Made by a program: the position numbers and the translations under genes. The notes under the pieces are model-generated. The model was given only the letters and a program-made list of their open reading frames with translations. It was not told the DNA's origin and did no database searches. A stretch of 32,000 nucleotides of DNA from Patescibacteria group bacterium (GTDB taxonomy: Bacteria; Patescibacteriota; Patescibacteriia; UBA2591; UBA6264): positions 30,001-62,000 of the forward strand of contig JAQTOB010000001.1 of the NCBI GenBank assembly GCA_028713575.1, read 5' to 3'. Below are positions 1 through 8,318 of the stretch, one piece after another. The first letter of the stretch is position 1; each line of letters starts with the position of its first letter.

Positions 1-202
1 CATTTATATTTTATGTTTTTGTTATTATCTTAATCTTGTTTATCTTATTTAAAAATGCACAACAAATAATTAAATCTTTTCATAAAAAGAAACCGTGCTT
101 TGTTCTCTATGTTGCTTTCATTATTATTTAATTTTTGATAAAATAGTATACGAAAAACGCACTATAAAAATTTATAGGTAACAAAAAATCATATTTATTC
201 TT

Positions 203-1498
203 ATGTATATTTCACTTAAAAACCTTCAAAAACATTTAAATAAAATTGTGACCTTAAGGGGATGGATATATAATTTTCGTTCTTCCGGTTCAATTATGTT
301 TTTGCAGCTAAGAGACGGAACCGGTTTTATTCAGGCAATTTTAAATAAATCAGATATTGATGAAAAAAAATGGATTGAGGCACAAAAAATTAGCTTAGAA
401 ACATCTCTTGAATTAACTGGAAAATTAACCATGCATCCGAAAAATAAAAATGAGTTTGAAGTGCAAATAAAAAATTTTAAAATCTATCAAATCCCTAAAG
501 ATGATTATCCGATTAGTAAAAAAGAACATGGACCTGAATTTTTATTAGATAATCGCCACTTGTGGTTACGTTCCCGTCGTCAATGGGCCATTCAACGTAT
601 TCGCGACACCTTAATTCGCGCCACTTACGAATGGATGCATAATAATAATTTTACAAAAATTGATTCTCCCATCCTAACGCCGTCCGCCTGCGAAGGAACA
701 ACCACGCTTTTTGGTGTAAAATACTTTGATTTGGGTAAGGCCTACTTATCCCAATCTGGCCAATTATATTTAGAAGCGGCTATTGCCTCTTGGGGAAAAG
801 TTTATGATTTCGGTCCGGTTTTCCGCGCGGAAAAATCAAAAACCAGAAGACACTTAACCGAATTCTGGATGATGGACGCAGAAATGGCCTTTATAGAACA
901 TGAAGAAAATTTAAAAATTCAGGAAAATCTTATTTCCTTTATGATTAAAAAAGTTTTAGTTGAAAATCAGGAAGAACTAAAAATTTTGGAACGCGACCCC
1001 GAACCCTTGAAAAAAATCAAACCACCCTTTTATCGGATTACTCATCAAGAAGCAATAAAAAAACTGCAAAAATTAGGCAGTAAAACAAGGGAAACCGAAG
1101 ATTTAGGCGGAGAAGACGAAACAATTATAACCAAACAATATGACAAGCCCTTGTTTGTTGAAAAATATCCCGCTCAGGTAAAATCTTTTTATATGAAACG
1201 CAACCCCAAAAATCCTTCCCTTGTTCTTTGCGCCGACTTGCTGGCGCCAGAGGGTTATGGTGAAATCATTGGCGGCTCGCAAAGAGAAGACAATTATGAC
1301 GAATTAATAAAAAGAATTAAAGAAAATAATTTACCTTTGGAAAACTTTAAATGGTATTTAGACCTACGCCGTTATGGGAGTATTCCTCACTCCGGGTTCG
1401 GTTTTGGATTAGAACGAATTGTCGCCTGGCTTTGCGGCTTGACGCATGTTCGGGAAACCATTCCCTTTCCCCGACTAATTAACAGGCTAAATCCTTAA
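203..1498 (+). CDS. asnS: Asparaginyl-tRNA synthetase (class IIb)
   Basis: 431-aa ORF. Class II motif 2 'FRAEKSKTRRHLTEFWMMDAEMAF' is the AsnRS-type signature (cf. E. coli FRAENSNTSRHLAEFWM). Motif 3 is 'GFGFGLERIVAWL'. An N-terminal OB-fold-like region is present. Confidence 0.9.
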   Translation: MYISLKNLQKHLNKIVTLRGWIYNFRSSGSIMFLQLRDGTGFIQAILNKSDIDEKKWIEAQKISLETSLELTGKLTMHPKNKNEFEVQIKNFKIYQIPKDDYPISKKEHGPEFLLDNRHLWLRSRRQWAIQRIRDTLIRATYEWMHNNNFTKIDSPILTPSACEGTTTLFGVKYFDLGKAYLSQSGQLYLEAAIASWGKVYDFGPVFRAEKSKTRRHLTEFWMMDAEMAFIEHEENLKIQENLISFMIKKVLVENQEELKILERDPEPLKKIKPPFYRITHQEAIKKLQKLGSKTRETEDLGGEDETIITKQYDKPLFVEKYPAQVKSFYMKRNPKNPSLVLCADLLAPEGYGEIIGGSQREDNYDELIKRIKENNLPLENFKWYLDLRRYGSIPHSGFGFGLERIVAWLCGLTHVRETIPFPRLINRLNP

Positions 1499-1503
1499 AA
1501 CTT

Positions 1504-1824
1504 ATGAAAGAAAAAATTGAGAAAAACTCTTTTGCTCTGACGGAAAAACAGCAAAAAATAGAAAAAAATCTAAAGGACTCTTTAAAATCAATTGAAAAAA
1601 TCAAAGAGACGCTGGAAGAAAAAAACTTTTTTGAGGAGGATTCCGTCAAAATTACTTCCCTTTTAAGAAAAAAATATCCTGATGCGGAAAAATACTATCT
1701 TTATCACTTAGTTGCCGGTAGCACACCAAGTCCAGAAAAATCTCTTTATTTTGACTTCCCGGGCGAAGATTCTATCTACGAAATTCTGCGAAAACTATTA
1801 AAAAACTTACTCTCCAAATTATAA
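1504..1824 (+). CDS. Hypothetical small protein (106 aa), K/E-rich N-terminal half
   Basis: ORF packed tightly between asnS (5-nt gap) and aspS (11-nt gap) on the same strand. No recognisable motif. Confidence 0.5.
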   Translation: MKEKIEKNSFALTEKQQKIEKNLKDSLKSIEKIKETLEEKNFFEEDSVKITSLLRKKYPDAEKYYLYHLVAGSTPSPEKSLYFDFPGEDSIYEILRKLLKNLLSKL

Positions 1825-1835
1825 ACACAAACGAT

Positions 1836-3236
1836 ATGGAAAAAATAAAAAACATTCAAATAACGGATAATGTTGGAAAAAATGTTACTCTCCACGGATG
1901 GGTAAATGATTGTAAAAATTTAGGGCAAATTACCTTTATTTATTTACGTGACCGTTCTGGTTTGGCACAAATCGTTTTCGCCCCCTCCGAACTTGACGAT
2001 GAATCGAAAGAAGCGGTAAAAACCCTTCGGCCGGAATTCGTGATTGAAGTTAAAGGTACGGTCAACTCAAGGCCAAAAAATCAAATCAATAAAAATTTTC
2101 CTACCGGCACGGTAGAAGTCCTAGCTAAAAAACTTATTATTCTTAACCGGGCAAAAACACCTCCCTTTGAAATCAACTCCGAAAAAAAACAAATCAGCGA
2201 AAAATTACGACTGAAATACCGTTACCTTGATTTGCGAAGAGAAAAAATAAAAAATAATTTGATTCTGCGCCACAAAATAATCAAATTTATTCGCGATTAT
2301 TTAGACAAGGAAGAATTTTTAGAAATAGAAACACCGATTCTTACCAAAGGCACGCCAGAAGGAGCGCGTGAATTTATTGTTCCTTCCCGTCTTTACCCGG
2401 GAAAATTTTATGTTCTCCCGCAAGCGCCCCAACAATTTAAACAACTTTTAATGGTGGCAGGCTTAGAAAAATATTTTCAAATTGCCCGCTGTTTTCGCGA
2501 TGAAGATACGCGTGGTGATCGGCAACCTGAATTCACCCAATTGGATATGGAAATGAGTTTTATAGAAAAAGAAGACATTATGGAATTGATTGAAAAATTA
2601 ATTATTTCTTTAGTAAAAACCGTGGTCCCAAATAAAAAAATTACTACCTATCCTTTTCCTCGCCTAAATTACGATGAAATAATAAAAAAAGACAAGACCG
2701 ACAAGCCCGATTTAAGAAAAAATCAAAAAGATGAAAATGAATTAGCCTTTTGTTTTATAACTAATTTTCCTCTTTTTGAATATTCAAAAAACGAAAAAAA
2801 AATTGTTTCTGTTCATCACCCCTTTACTTCCCCCCAGCTAGAATACCTTCCTCTGTTAAAAAAAGAACCATTGAAAGTTAAATCTCAGCAATACGACCTT
2901 GTTTGTAATGGTTTTGAAATAGGGGGCGGATCAATCAGAATTCACCAAAAAAATATCCAGAAACAAATATTTGAAATCCTTAAAATTAAAAAAGAAGAAA
3001 TTAAAAGGCGCTTCGGTCATTTGCTTGAAGCCTTTGAATATGGTGCCCCGCCACACGGCGGCATTGCTCTCGGACTTGACCGCCTGATGATGATTTTGGC
3101 CAATGAACCGAACATTCGCGAAGTCATTCCTTTCGCCAAAACTGCCGATGCTAAAGATTTAATGATGGGTGCGCCAAGCAATTTGCCAAAAGAACAAATA
3201 GAACAAGTAAACATTGAAATTAAAAAGAAAAAATAA
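1836..3236 (+). CDS. aspS: Aspartyl-tRNA synthetase, bacterial-type catalytic core lacking the GAD insertion domain
   Basis: 466-aa ORF. Motif 2 is 'FRDEDTRGDRQPEFTQLDMEMSF'. 'DKPDLR', 'HHPFTSP' and motif 3 'GGIALGLDRLMMIL' are present. 'DKPDLRKNQKDENELAFCFITNFPLFEY' joins directly the two segments that flank the ~130-aa insertion in E. coli AspRS. Confidence 0.9.
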   Translation: MEKIKNIQITDNVGKNVTLHGWVNDCKNLGQITFIYLRDRSGLAQIVFAPSELDDESKEAVKTLRPEFVIEVKGTVNSRPKNQINKNFPTGTVEVLAKKLIILNRAKTPPFEINSEKKQISEKLRLKYRYLDLRREKIKNNLILRHKIIKFIRDYLDKEEFLEIETPILTKGTPEGAREFIVPSRLYPGKFYVLPQAPQQFKQLLMVAGLEKYFQIARCFRDEDTRGDRQPEFTQLDMEMSFIEKEDIMELIEKLIISLVKTVVPNKKITTYPFPRLNYDEIIKKDKTDKPDLRKNQKDENELAFCFITNFPLFEYSKNEKKIVSVHHPFTSPQLEYLPLLKKEPLKVKSQQYDLVCNGFEIGGGSIRIHQKNIQKQIFEILKIKKEEIKRRFGHLLEAFEYGAPPHGGIALGLDRLMMILANEPNIREVIPFAKTADAKDLMMGAPSNLPKEQIEQVNIEIKKKK

Positions 3237-3240
3237 ATAT

Positions 3241-4134
3241 ATGCGATTTTTAAAATTAGCTATCCAAAATTTTTTTCGAAATTTCTGGCTAAGCATCACC
3301 AGTATTATTATTATGCTTTTAATGTTATTTTGCTTAAGTCTCTTATATAACTTCAATGTTATTGGTCAACAAATAATGGTTTCTTTAAAAGACAAAATGG
3401 ACCTGGGTGTTTATTTAAACCAAAATATTGACCAAAATAAAACTGCTCTTTTAATCTCAGAATTAGAAAATATGGAAGAAATTAAAAAATTGGATTTTTT
3501 TTCTCCGGAGCAATCATTAGAAAATTTTAAGGATAAACATCAAAACGACTCTTTAATTTTAAGGTCTTTGGAAACATTAAACGAGAATCCTTTTGGCGGA
3601 CTGATAACCATAAAATTTCATAACCCGACGGATTATCAAAAAATAATTTCAGTTATTGAAAAACCCGTTTATCAATCCCTTATTCAAGAACAAAATTTTT
3701 ATGACTACCAAAACCTGATTCACGATTTCAATGCTATTAGTCAAAAAATAACGCAAGCTGGAATTAGTATCAGCGTTTTATTTTCCCTAATTACCGTCTT
3801 AGTAATTTTTACAACTATTAAACTGGGAGCGCTTTCTCGGCAAAAAGAAATCAAAATTATGAGATTGGTGGGGGCTTCGGCTCACGCTATTCGTCGGCCG
3901 TTTCTGATTGAGGGCGGTTTATACGCTGGTATTTCATGGATTTTAAACATGGGAATCATTTTTTCCTTAGCTTATTTTTTCCAGCCTCGTTTACAACAAT
4001 TTCTTGAATTAAATTTTAATTTATTTAATTATTTAAAAAACGCTTTTTATTTTTGGGTCGGATTACTCGCCTTTTCTTTAGTTATTTCCCTAATCGGCAG
4101 TGGCTTAGCCATTAAAAAATATTTGAAACTTTAA
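3241..4134 (+). CDS. ftsX: FtsX-like cell-division/ABC permease protein
   Basis: N-terminal TM segment, extracytoplasmic domain, then three C-terminal TM segments. 'EIKIMRLVGASAHAIRRPFLIEG' matches the conserved FtsX motif. Start moved to ATG 3241, just after the aspS stop. No ftsE is adjacent. Confidence 0.75.
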   Translation: MRFLKLAIQNFFRNFWLSITSIIIMLLMLFCLSLLYNFNVIGQQIMVSLKDKMDLGVYLNQNIDQNKTALLISELENMEEIKKLDFFSPEQSLENFKDKHQNDSLILRSLETLNENPFGGLITIKFHNPTDYQKIISVIEKPVYQSLIQEQNFYDYQNLIHDFNAISQKITQAGISISVLFSLITVLVIFTTIKLGALSRQKEIKIMRLVGASAHAIRRPFLIEGGLYAGISWILNMGIIFSLAYFFQPRLQQFLELNFNLFNYLKNAFYFWVGLLAFSLVISLIGSGLAIKKYLKL

Positions 4135-4136
4135 AA

Positions 4137-5144
4137 ATGGATTTAAAAAATTTTAATTATATTCTTCCCGAAGAACTAATTGCTCAAACCTCCGCTAAGC
4201 CTCGAGATCATTCGAGGCTGATGATTTTAAACAAAAAAAAACAATCAATCAGTCACGACTTTTTCTTTAATTTAAAAAATTATCTGCCCAAAAATAGTAT
4301 TTTGGTGGCTAATAATTCTCGGGTTCTCCCGGCCCGTCTATACGGAACTAAACCAACGGGTGGGAAAATCGAAGTTTTGCTCTTGAAAAAATTCAAGGGA
4401 AACGCTTGGCAAGCAATGATTGGCGGAAAAGCGTCTCTGGGAATGCAAATATCTTTTAATAAAAATTTAAAAGCAACTATTTTGAAAAAAGAGCATCAAT
4501 TAGGAATAATGAAATTCAATCAAACAACGAAAAATTTCTTAAAAATCCTGGACAAATTAGGACAAGCCCCTACTCCTCCCTATATTAAAAGAATTTCTAA
4601 TTTGAGAGAATATCAAACAATTTACGCTAAAAAAATCGGTTCAGTCGCTGCCCCGACTGCTGGTTTTCATTTTACGAAAAAATTGATTAAAAATTTAGAG
4701 AAAAACGGATTTCAATTTTCGTTTATTACCTTGCATGTCGGATTGGGAACATTTCAACCAGTCAGTGAAAAAAAAATTGAGAATCACCGCATACATCCCG
4801 AAAAAGTTCAAGTGTCCTTAAAAACAGCAAAAATTCTCAATAAAGCAAAAAAACAAAATCAAAAAATAATTGCCATCGGTACCACTAGTGGCCGAGCATT
4901 GGAATCGTTTGTTAAAAATAAAAAATTGCTCTATGGCAAAAAAGAAACAAAAATCTTTATTTATCCGGGATATAAATTCAAATTTATTGACGGTTTAATC
5001 ACCAATTTTCACCTGCCTAAATCAACCCTCTTAATGATGGTTTCCGCTTTAGCCGGACAATCTTTGGTCCAAAAAGCATACCGACAAGCTATTAAAAAAA
5101 AATATCGTTTCTATTCATTTGGTGATGCTATGTTAATTATCTAA
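4137..5144 (+). CDS. queA: S-adenosylmethionine:tRNA ribosyltransferase-isomerase
   Basis: The N-terminus 'FNYILPEELIAQTSAKPRDHSRLMIL', 'APTAGFHFT' and 'RFYSFGDAMLI' are typical QueA signatures. Confidence 0.9.
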   Translation: MDLKNFNYILPEELIAQTSAKPRDHSRLMILNKKKQSISHDFFFNLKNYLPKNSILVANNSRVLPARLYGTKPTGGKIEVLLLKKFKGNAWQAMIGGKASLGMQISFNKNLKATILKKEHQLGIMKFNQTTKNFLKILDKLGQAPTPPYIKRISNLREYQTIYAKKIGSVAAPTAGFHFTKKLIKNLEKNGFQFSFITLHVGLGTFQPVSEKKIENHRIHPEKVQVSLKTAKILNKAKKQNQKIIAIGTTSGRALESFVKNKKLLYGKKETKIFIYPGYKFKFIDGLITNFHLPKSTLLMMVSALAGQSLVQKAYRQAIKKKYRFYSFGDAMLII

Positions 5145-5167
5145 AGATTTTAAACAAAACGCAGTCC

Positions 5168-5191
5168 CGCGCCATCCGCAGGATTGGTGCG
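5168..5191 (+). terminator. Possible rho-independent terminator after queA
   Basis: GC-rich hairpin cgcgccatcc-gca-ggattggtgcg (about 10 bp with one bulge and one G.U), followed by a T-rich 'tagatatttatttgg'. The T-tract is imperfect. Confidence 0.4.
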
Positions 5192-5244
5192 TAGATATTT
5201 ATTTGGTGATATCATGCTAATATCATTCAAACGTTAAGTTTAAA

Positions 5245-5272
5245 TTGACTAATTTGATAATTTTGTTATATT
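5245..5272 (+). promoter_or_regulatory. Putative sigma70-type promoter for tRNA-Cys
   Basis: TTGACT (5245-5250), 16-nt spacer, TATATT (5267-5272), about 20 nt upstream of the tRNA 5' end. Confidence 0.35.
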
Positions 5273-5292
5273 ATCAATATAATTGAGAGAGG

Positions 5293-5365
5293 GGCCAGGT
5301 AGCCAAGTGGCAAAGGCAAGGGTCTGCAAAACCCTTATACAGGGGTTCGATTCCCCTCCTGGCCT
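5293..5365 (+). tRNA. tRNA-Cys (GCA)
   Basis: Acceptor stem ggccagg/cctggcc. Anticodon arm AGGGT-CTGCAAA-ACCCT. T-arm has 'GGTTCGATTCC'. CCA is not encoded. Confidence 0.9.
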
Positions 5366-5431
5366 TTTCCAATTTTCTCTAAAATTGTGAGCCAACAAAG
5401 ACAAAACAATTTTAGTAAGAAAGTTGAGAAC

Positions 5432-5565
5432 CCCGCCCTTATTTTACCTTTTTGAAGATAAATATCGCTAATTTTGATTTATTGTTTTAACGCTCGCAGT
5501 GCAGTAAGGTCCTTGACGAAATTAAAATGCATTGCCTCACATTATCTTGTAAAGTAAGGCGGGGC
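5432..5565. other. Long imperfect hairpin (~134 nt): candidate structured ncRNA or MITE-like palindromic element
   Basis: Three nested complementary segments. (1) ccccgcccttattttac (5432-5448) pairs with gtaaagtaaggcgggg (5550-5565), 16 bp with one bulge and one G.U. (2) aagataa pairs with ttatctt. (3) attttgattt pairs with aaattaaaat. No ORF is present. Confidence 0.4.
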
Positions 5566-5631
5566 GTTGTGTTTAACACAACTAAAAATAGAAAGGCAAC
5601 CCACGCTCTAATTTTACGGATTAAAACAAGG

Positions 5632-5677
5632 GCGGCAAACTCGCCTTTGGCGAGGTCCTATTCGGACACTTTGCCGC
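5632..5677. repeat. GC-rich three-helix element (member of the GC-rich hairpin family)
   Basis: The outer helix gcggcaaa/tttgccgc encloses hairpins ctcgcc-ttt-ggcgag and gtcc-tattc-ggac. It shares 'cgcctttggcg' and 'gaggtcc' with the insert in the pseudo-tRNA-Glu (21136-21186). Confidence 0.45.
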
Positions 5678-5792
5678 AAAAGTAAAAAAAGAAAAAATTA
5701 TTTAAAAATAAATATATAAATGGTAAAATTAGAGCGGGGTGCTCATAAATCTAACAAATTTTTATTCACTTCGTTCTAAAAATTTGAGATTT

Positions 5793-6743
5793 ATGGCAAA
5801 ACTTATTCTTATAGACGCTCAAGCTGTTCTCCATCGCGCTTGGCACGCTTTACCCAAACTGACTGATTCTCATGGCCAAGTGATTAATGCTGTTTATGGA
5901 TTTTCTTCTCTTTTATTAAAACTTATTAATGAACAAAACCCTGATTATTTGGTTGTGGCTTTTGACACTAAGGCGCCCACTTTTCGTCATCAAGAATATA
6001 AAGAATATAAAGCCGGCAGAGAAAAACAGCCAGCGGAATTCTACGACCAAATTCCTTTGAGTAAAAAAATTGTTGAAGCCTTTGGTCTTCCTATTTTTAT
6101 TAAAGAAGGATTTGAGGCCGATGATTTAATCGGCGCCGTTATCCAGTCGCAAAAAAAGAAAAATCCGAAAATAGAGTCCTTGATTGTCAGTGGTGACCTT
6201 GATCTGTGTCAACTGGTTGGTCCCCGGACTTCTGTTTATTATCTCCGGCAAGGGTTGTCTCAAATAAAAATTTATGATCTTAAGGCGGTTAGAGAACGGT
6301 TTGAATTAGAACCAGAACAGTTAATTGATTTTAAGGCTTTAAGGGGCGACCCTTCCGACAATATCAAAGGAATGACGGGCATTGGTCCGAAAATCGCTTT
6401 AAAATTAATTAAAAATTTTAAAACTCTGGACAATCTTTATGAGTATTTGGAAAATTGCTTTAATAAAGGAAGAAAATGTGAAATCAAACAATCTTTAGCG
6501 GAAAAGCTCTGGCAAAATAAAGAACAAGTTCTTCGCGATAAAAGATTGGTAACAATTCAAAAAAATATTCCCGGACTGGAAGCTGAAAAAATAAAAAAAA
6601 TTAATTTTGACTATAAAAAAATAAATAAAATTTTTGAAGAGTTTGGGTTTAAAAGTTTAATAAAAAGATTAATGAAAAATCATTCAAATCAATCTGTAAT
6701 AAAAACAAACTTAATTACCTGCAAACAGAACAAATTATTTTAA
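5793..6743 (+). CDS. Stand-alone 5'-3' exonuclease (Pol I N-terminal/FEN-like domain, no polymerase domain)
   Basis: 'KLILIDAQAVLHRAWHALP', 'VVAFDTKAPTFRHQEYKEYKAGR', 'EADDLIGA' and the H3TH motif 'GIGPKIALKLIKNF'. Start moved to ATG 5793. The ORF ends after about 317 aa. Confidence 0.85.
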   Translation: MAKLILIDAQAVLHRAWHALPKLTDSHGQVINAVYGFSSLLLKLINEQNPDYLVVAFDTKAPTFRHQEYKEYKAGREKQPAEFYDQIPLSKKIVEAFGLPIFIKEGFEADDLIGAVIQSQKKKNPKIESLIVSGDLDLCQLVGPRTSVYYLRQGLSQIKIYDLKAVRERFELEPEQLIDFKALRGDPSDNIKGMTGIGPKIALKLIKNFKTLDNLYEYLENCFNKGRKCEIKQSLAEKLWQNKEQVLRDKRLVTIQKNIPGLEAEKIKKINFDYKKINKIFEEFGFKSLIKRLMKNHSNQSVIKTNLITCKQNKLF

Positions 6744-6899
6744 CCCCTCGCCCCTTAATCACAATGTGCCCGTAAATCGGAATATGTATAAAACCAAAAA
6801 ATAATTTAAAGATTTTTTGAATAATTTAATCAATTTAAATCGCTGCAAAATCATTGCTCTATATTTGAAAGTGATTTCGCCGTAATTAAAAAGTAAGAA

Positions 6900-7961
6900 A
6901 TGATTATTTTTCTTTACGGAAAAGACGCTTATCGTTCCAAGCAAAGACTAAATGTCTTAAGGGAAGAATTTATGAGGAAAAAAGACAAAAAGGGTCTAAA
7001 TGTTTGTATTTTTGAAGCCCATGAATTATCTCTTGATGAGTTGAGAAAATCCTTTTTAAGCGCTGGTCTTTTCTCAGAAAAAAGACTGATGATTATAAAA
7101 AATATCTTATTGGCAAAAACGGCAAAAAAAGATGGGGAAAGTCGCCCCGTCCCGTCCCCTCTGCAAACAGGTGGCAACCCGCCGGAAAGGCAAAAAATTC
7201 TGTTTGAAGAAATTATTAAAATTTTAAAAAAAAACAAAAAAGATGAAGATTTCCCCGCACAGACAAAAAATGTCATTATTTTTTGGGACGAAGAGGTTAA
7301 TGAAAAAAAATTAAATTCTTTTCAAAAAAAAATATTTATTCTTTTAAAAAAAGAGAGGTTTTGTGAAGAATTCAAATTATTAAATGCCGTTGAATTAAAA
7401 AAATGGATTAAAAAAAGAGTTAATAATCAAGGTTTTAAAATTGACGAACAATCTTTAACGCTATTAATTAACGCTTTTGGCAATAATCTTTGGCTGTTAA
7501 ATAATGAGTTGGAAAAGCTAATGGCCTGGAAAATAACAAAAAAAGAAATTGTTTTTTCTGACCTGCAAAAATTTGTTTTCCCCGGACTGGAACAAAATAT
7601 TTGGAAACTGGTTGATTCTTTGGGTCAAAAAAATAAGGCCCTGGCTTTAAAAATTCTTTCAGACCAATTTAAACAAAATGTTGATGTAGCTCAAGTTATT
7701 ACCCTTCTTGCTCATCAATATAGAACAATTATCAGAATAAAATCTTATTTAGAAAAAAATCCAATAAATAATCCTTATCAGTTGGCTAAAATCTTGTCTC
7801 TTCATCCCTTTGTGTGCCAAAAAGCTGTGGCTCAAGAAAAAAATTACAACCTTAATCAATTAAAAAAGACCTATCAGCAATTACTGAAAATAGATCTTTG
7901 GCGGAAAACTAAGAATATTGACTCGGAAACTCTTTTAGATTTGTTAATTGCCAAATCCTGA
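6900..7961 (+). CDS. holA: DNA polymerase III delta subunit
   Basis: The N-terminus 'MIIFLYGKDAYRSKQRLNVLREEF' and 'LFSEKRLMIIKN' are typical of HolA, and the length fits. Contains a GC-rich in-frame island at 7131-7191. Confidence 0.75.
   Translation: MIIFLYGKDAYRSKQRLNVLREEFMRKKDKKGLNVCIFEAHELSLDELRKSFLSAGLFSEKRLMIIKNILLAKTAKKDGESRPVPSPLQTGGNPPERQKILFEEIIKILKKNKKDEDFPAQTKNVIIFWDEEVNEKKLNSFQKKIFILLKKERFCEEFKLLNAVELKKWIKKRVNNQGFKIDEQSLTLLINAFGNNLWLLNNELEKLMAWKITKKEIVFSDLQKFVFPGLEQNIWKLVDSLGQKNKALALKILSDQFKQNVDVAQVITLLAHQYRTIIRIKSYLEKNPINNPYQLAKILSLHPFVCQKAVAQEKNYNLNQLKKTYQQLLKIDLWRKTKNIDSETLLDLLIAKS
7131..7191 (+). repeat. GC-rich in-frame island inside holA
   Basis: 'gatggggaaagtcgccccgtcccgtcccctctgcaaacaggtggcaacccgccggaaaggc' sits in otherwise A/T-rich coding sequence. 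It encodes 'DGESRPVPSPLQTGGNPPERQ'. Confidence 0.5.
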
Positions 7962-8228
7962 TTATTTTCCTAAATTATTAATTTTTTTCATTAAACGCGA
8001 CTTAGTACGAGCCACGGTATTTTTTTTTAAAATGCCTTTTTGTAACATCTTGTCAAGAGATTTCTGAATTTTTAAATAAAAATCCATCATTTGCTTTTTA
8101 TCTTTATCTGCAAAGGCTTTTAAAAATTTTCGTTTCAGCCAGGCGACATTCGCTTTAACGTCTTTATTGCGTTCTGTGCGTTTTTTTGTTTGACGAAGCG
8201 CTTTCTTCGCTGATTGTTTAATCGGCAT
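7962..8228 (-). CDS. rpsT: 30S ribosomal protein S20
   Basis: 'MPIKQSAKKALRQTKKRTERNK' is the canonical S20 N-terminus. Start set at ATG 8228. Confidence 0.9.
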   Translation of the reverse strand: MPIKQSAKKALRQTKKRTERNKDVKANVAWLKRKFLKAFADKDKKQMMDFYLKIQKSLDKMLQKGILKKNTVARTKSRLMKKINNLGK

Positions 8229-8240
8229 AATAGTGAACTT

Positions 8241-8261
8241 AAAAATCAAAAATCAAAATGA
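8241..8261 (-). promoter_or_regulatory. Conserved 21-nt leader motif upstream of rpsT
   Basis: 'aaaaatcaaaaatcaaaatga' (sense strand TCATTTTGATTTTTGATTTTT) lies 12 nt upstream of the rpsT ATG. It is identical to 15723-15743 upstream of rpmH. Confidence 0.5.
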
Positions 8262-8318
8262 AAAATAATAATATAAATAAATTTAAAATTTCTCCTAATT
8301 TTAATGCTGTTCCGTTTT

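Noticed and set aside
5432-5677. Assignment of the structured intergenic RNA to RNase P RNA, SRP (4.5S) RNA, tmRNA or a known riboswitch.
   Set aside because: I could not find the diagnostic conserved cores on either strand. These are GAGGAAAGUCC for RNase P, GGAAGCAGCC with a GNRA loop for SRP, and the tRNA-like ends for tmRNA. The region is left unassigned.
6929-7276. 115-aa ORF antisense to holA. The same applies to the other 60-125-aa antisense ORFs inside aspS, ruvA, rplU, the clp-like gene, rny, grx, tsaD, the OCD-family gene, mscL, the methyltransferase gene, tsaE, valS and pilB.
   Set aside because: All are embedded in confidently assigned genes on the opposite strand and have low-complexity, motif-free translations.
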